A DNA stretch of 63,449 bases, counting the filler, from Globobulimina sp. (taxonomy: Eukaryota): assembly GCA_003354225.1 (NCBI GenBank). It is 30 parts of 30 records of this genome, joined end to end, with 100 filler letters (N's around TTAATTAATTAA, not from the genome) between each part and the next. Parts side by side here need not be neighbours in the genome. Positions count along the whole stretch, not along the records: positions 61,433 to 63,449 come from PIVH01009719.1; 29 more parts are not named here. One strand, 5' to 3'. Position 1 is the stretch's first letter. The number at the start of each line of letters is the position of its first letter. Of this stretch, positions 63,309-63,449 are shown in pieces. Under the pieces are notes generated by a model. It saw only the letters and a list, made by a program, of their open reading frames with translations. It was not told the origin of the DNA and searched no databases. A program made the translations under genes and the position numbers.

Positions 63309-63449
63309 GCATTTGTTATATATGCCATATTCATTTATATAATATATATAATATATATATTAGTATATATTATATATATTATATATATTAGCCCTTGACA
63401 GCTCCACCATTTCGTAAATATATGATTAGATAATATATAATATTAGTAC

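Overview
This window is not one continuous locus. It is 30 unrelated contigs of about 2.02 kb, sorted by decreasing length and joined by an artificial 100-nt spacer (N44-TTAATTAATTAA-N44), so adjacency across spacers has no biological meaning. Most contigs come from an AT-rich eukaryote with short GT-AG introns (mostly ~50-85 nt). The Cys-rich secreted proteins, PT-repeat membrane proteins and a PNO-like flavoprotein suggest a foraminiferan/rhizarian, probably from an amplified single-cell assembly (inference). Recognisable genes: SDR, CNG/EAG-type channel, CLC channel, CNNM transporter, Vps45, DDX46/Prp5, FolB, Dispatched-like SSD protein, PNO-like diflavin reductase, MATH-SAM protein, MIEAP-like protein, PAP2-like pseudo-enzyme and an ABCC C-terminus. 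Mobile or foreign DNA: a Ty1/copia element with an apparent half-tRNA(Arg-UCG) primer site, an early-branching non-LTR retrotransposon, an inverted DIRS/Ngaro RT-RNaseH, a frameshifted viral D5 helicase, and a bacterial tail-collar gene with its terminator fused to eukaryotic DNA. The most interesting items are a highly divergent PIWI protein (DEDD tetrad, altered MID pocket, RS/RD-rich C-terminal extension) and a tandem Ras-like plus Rac double GTPase. All family calls come from motif recognition by eye; no searches were run.
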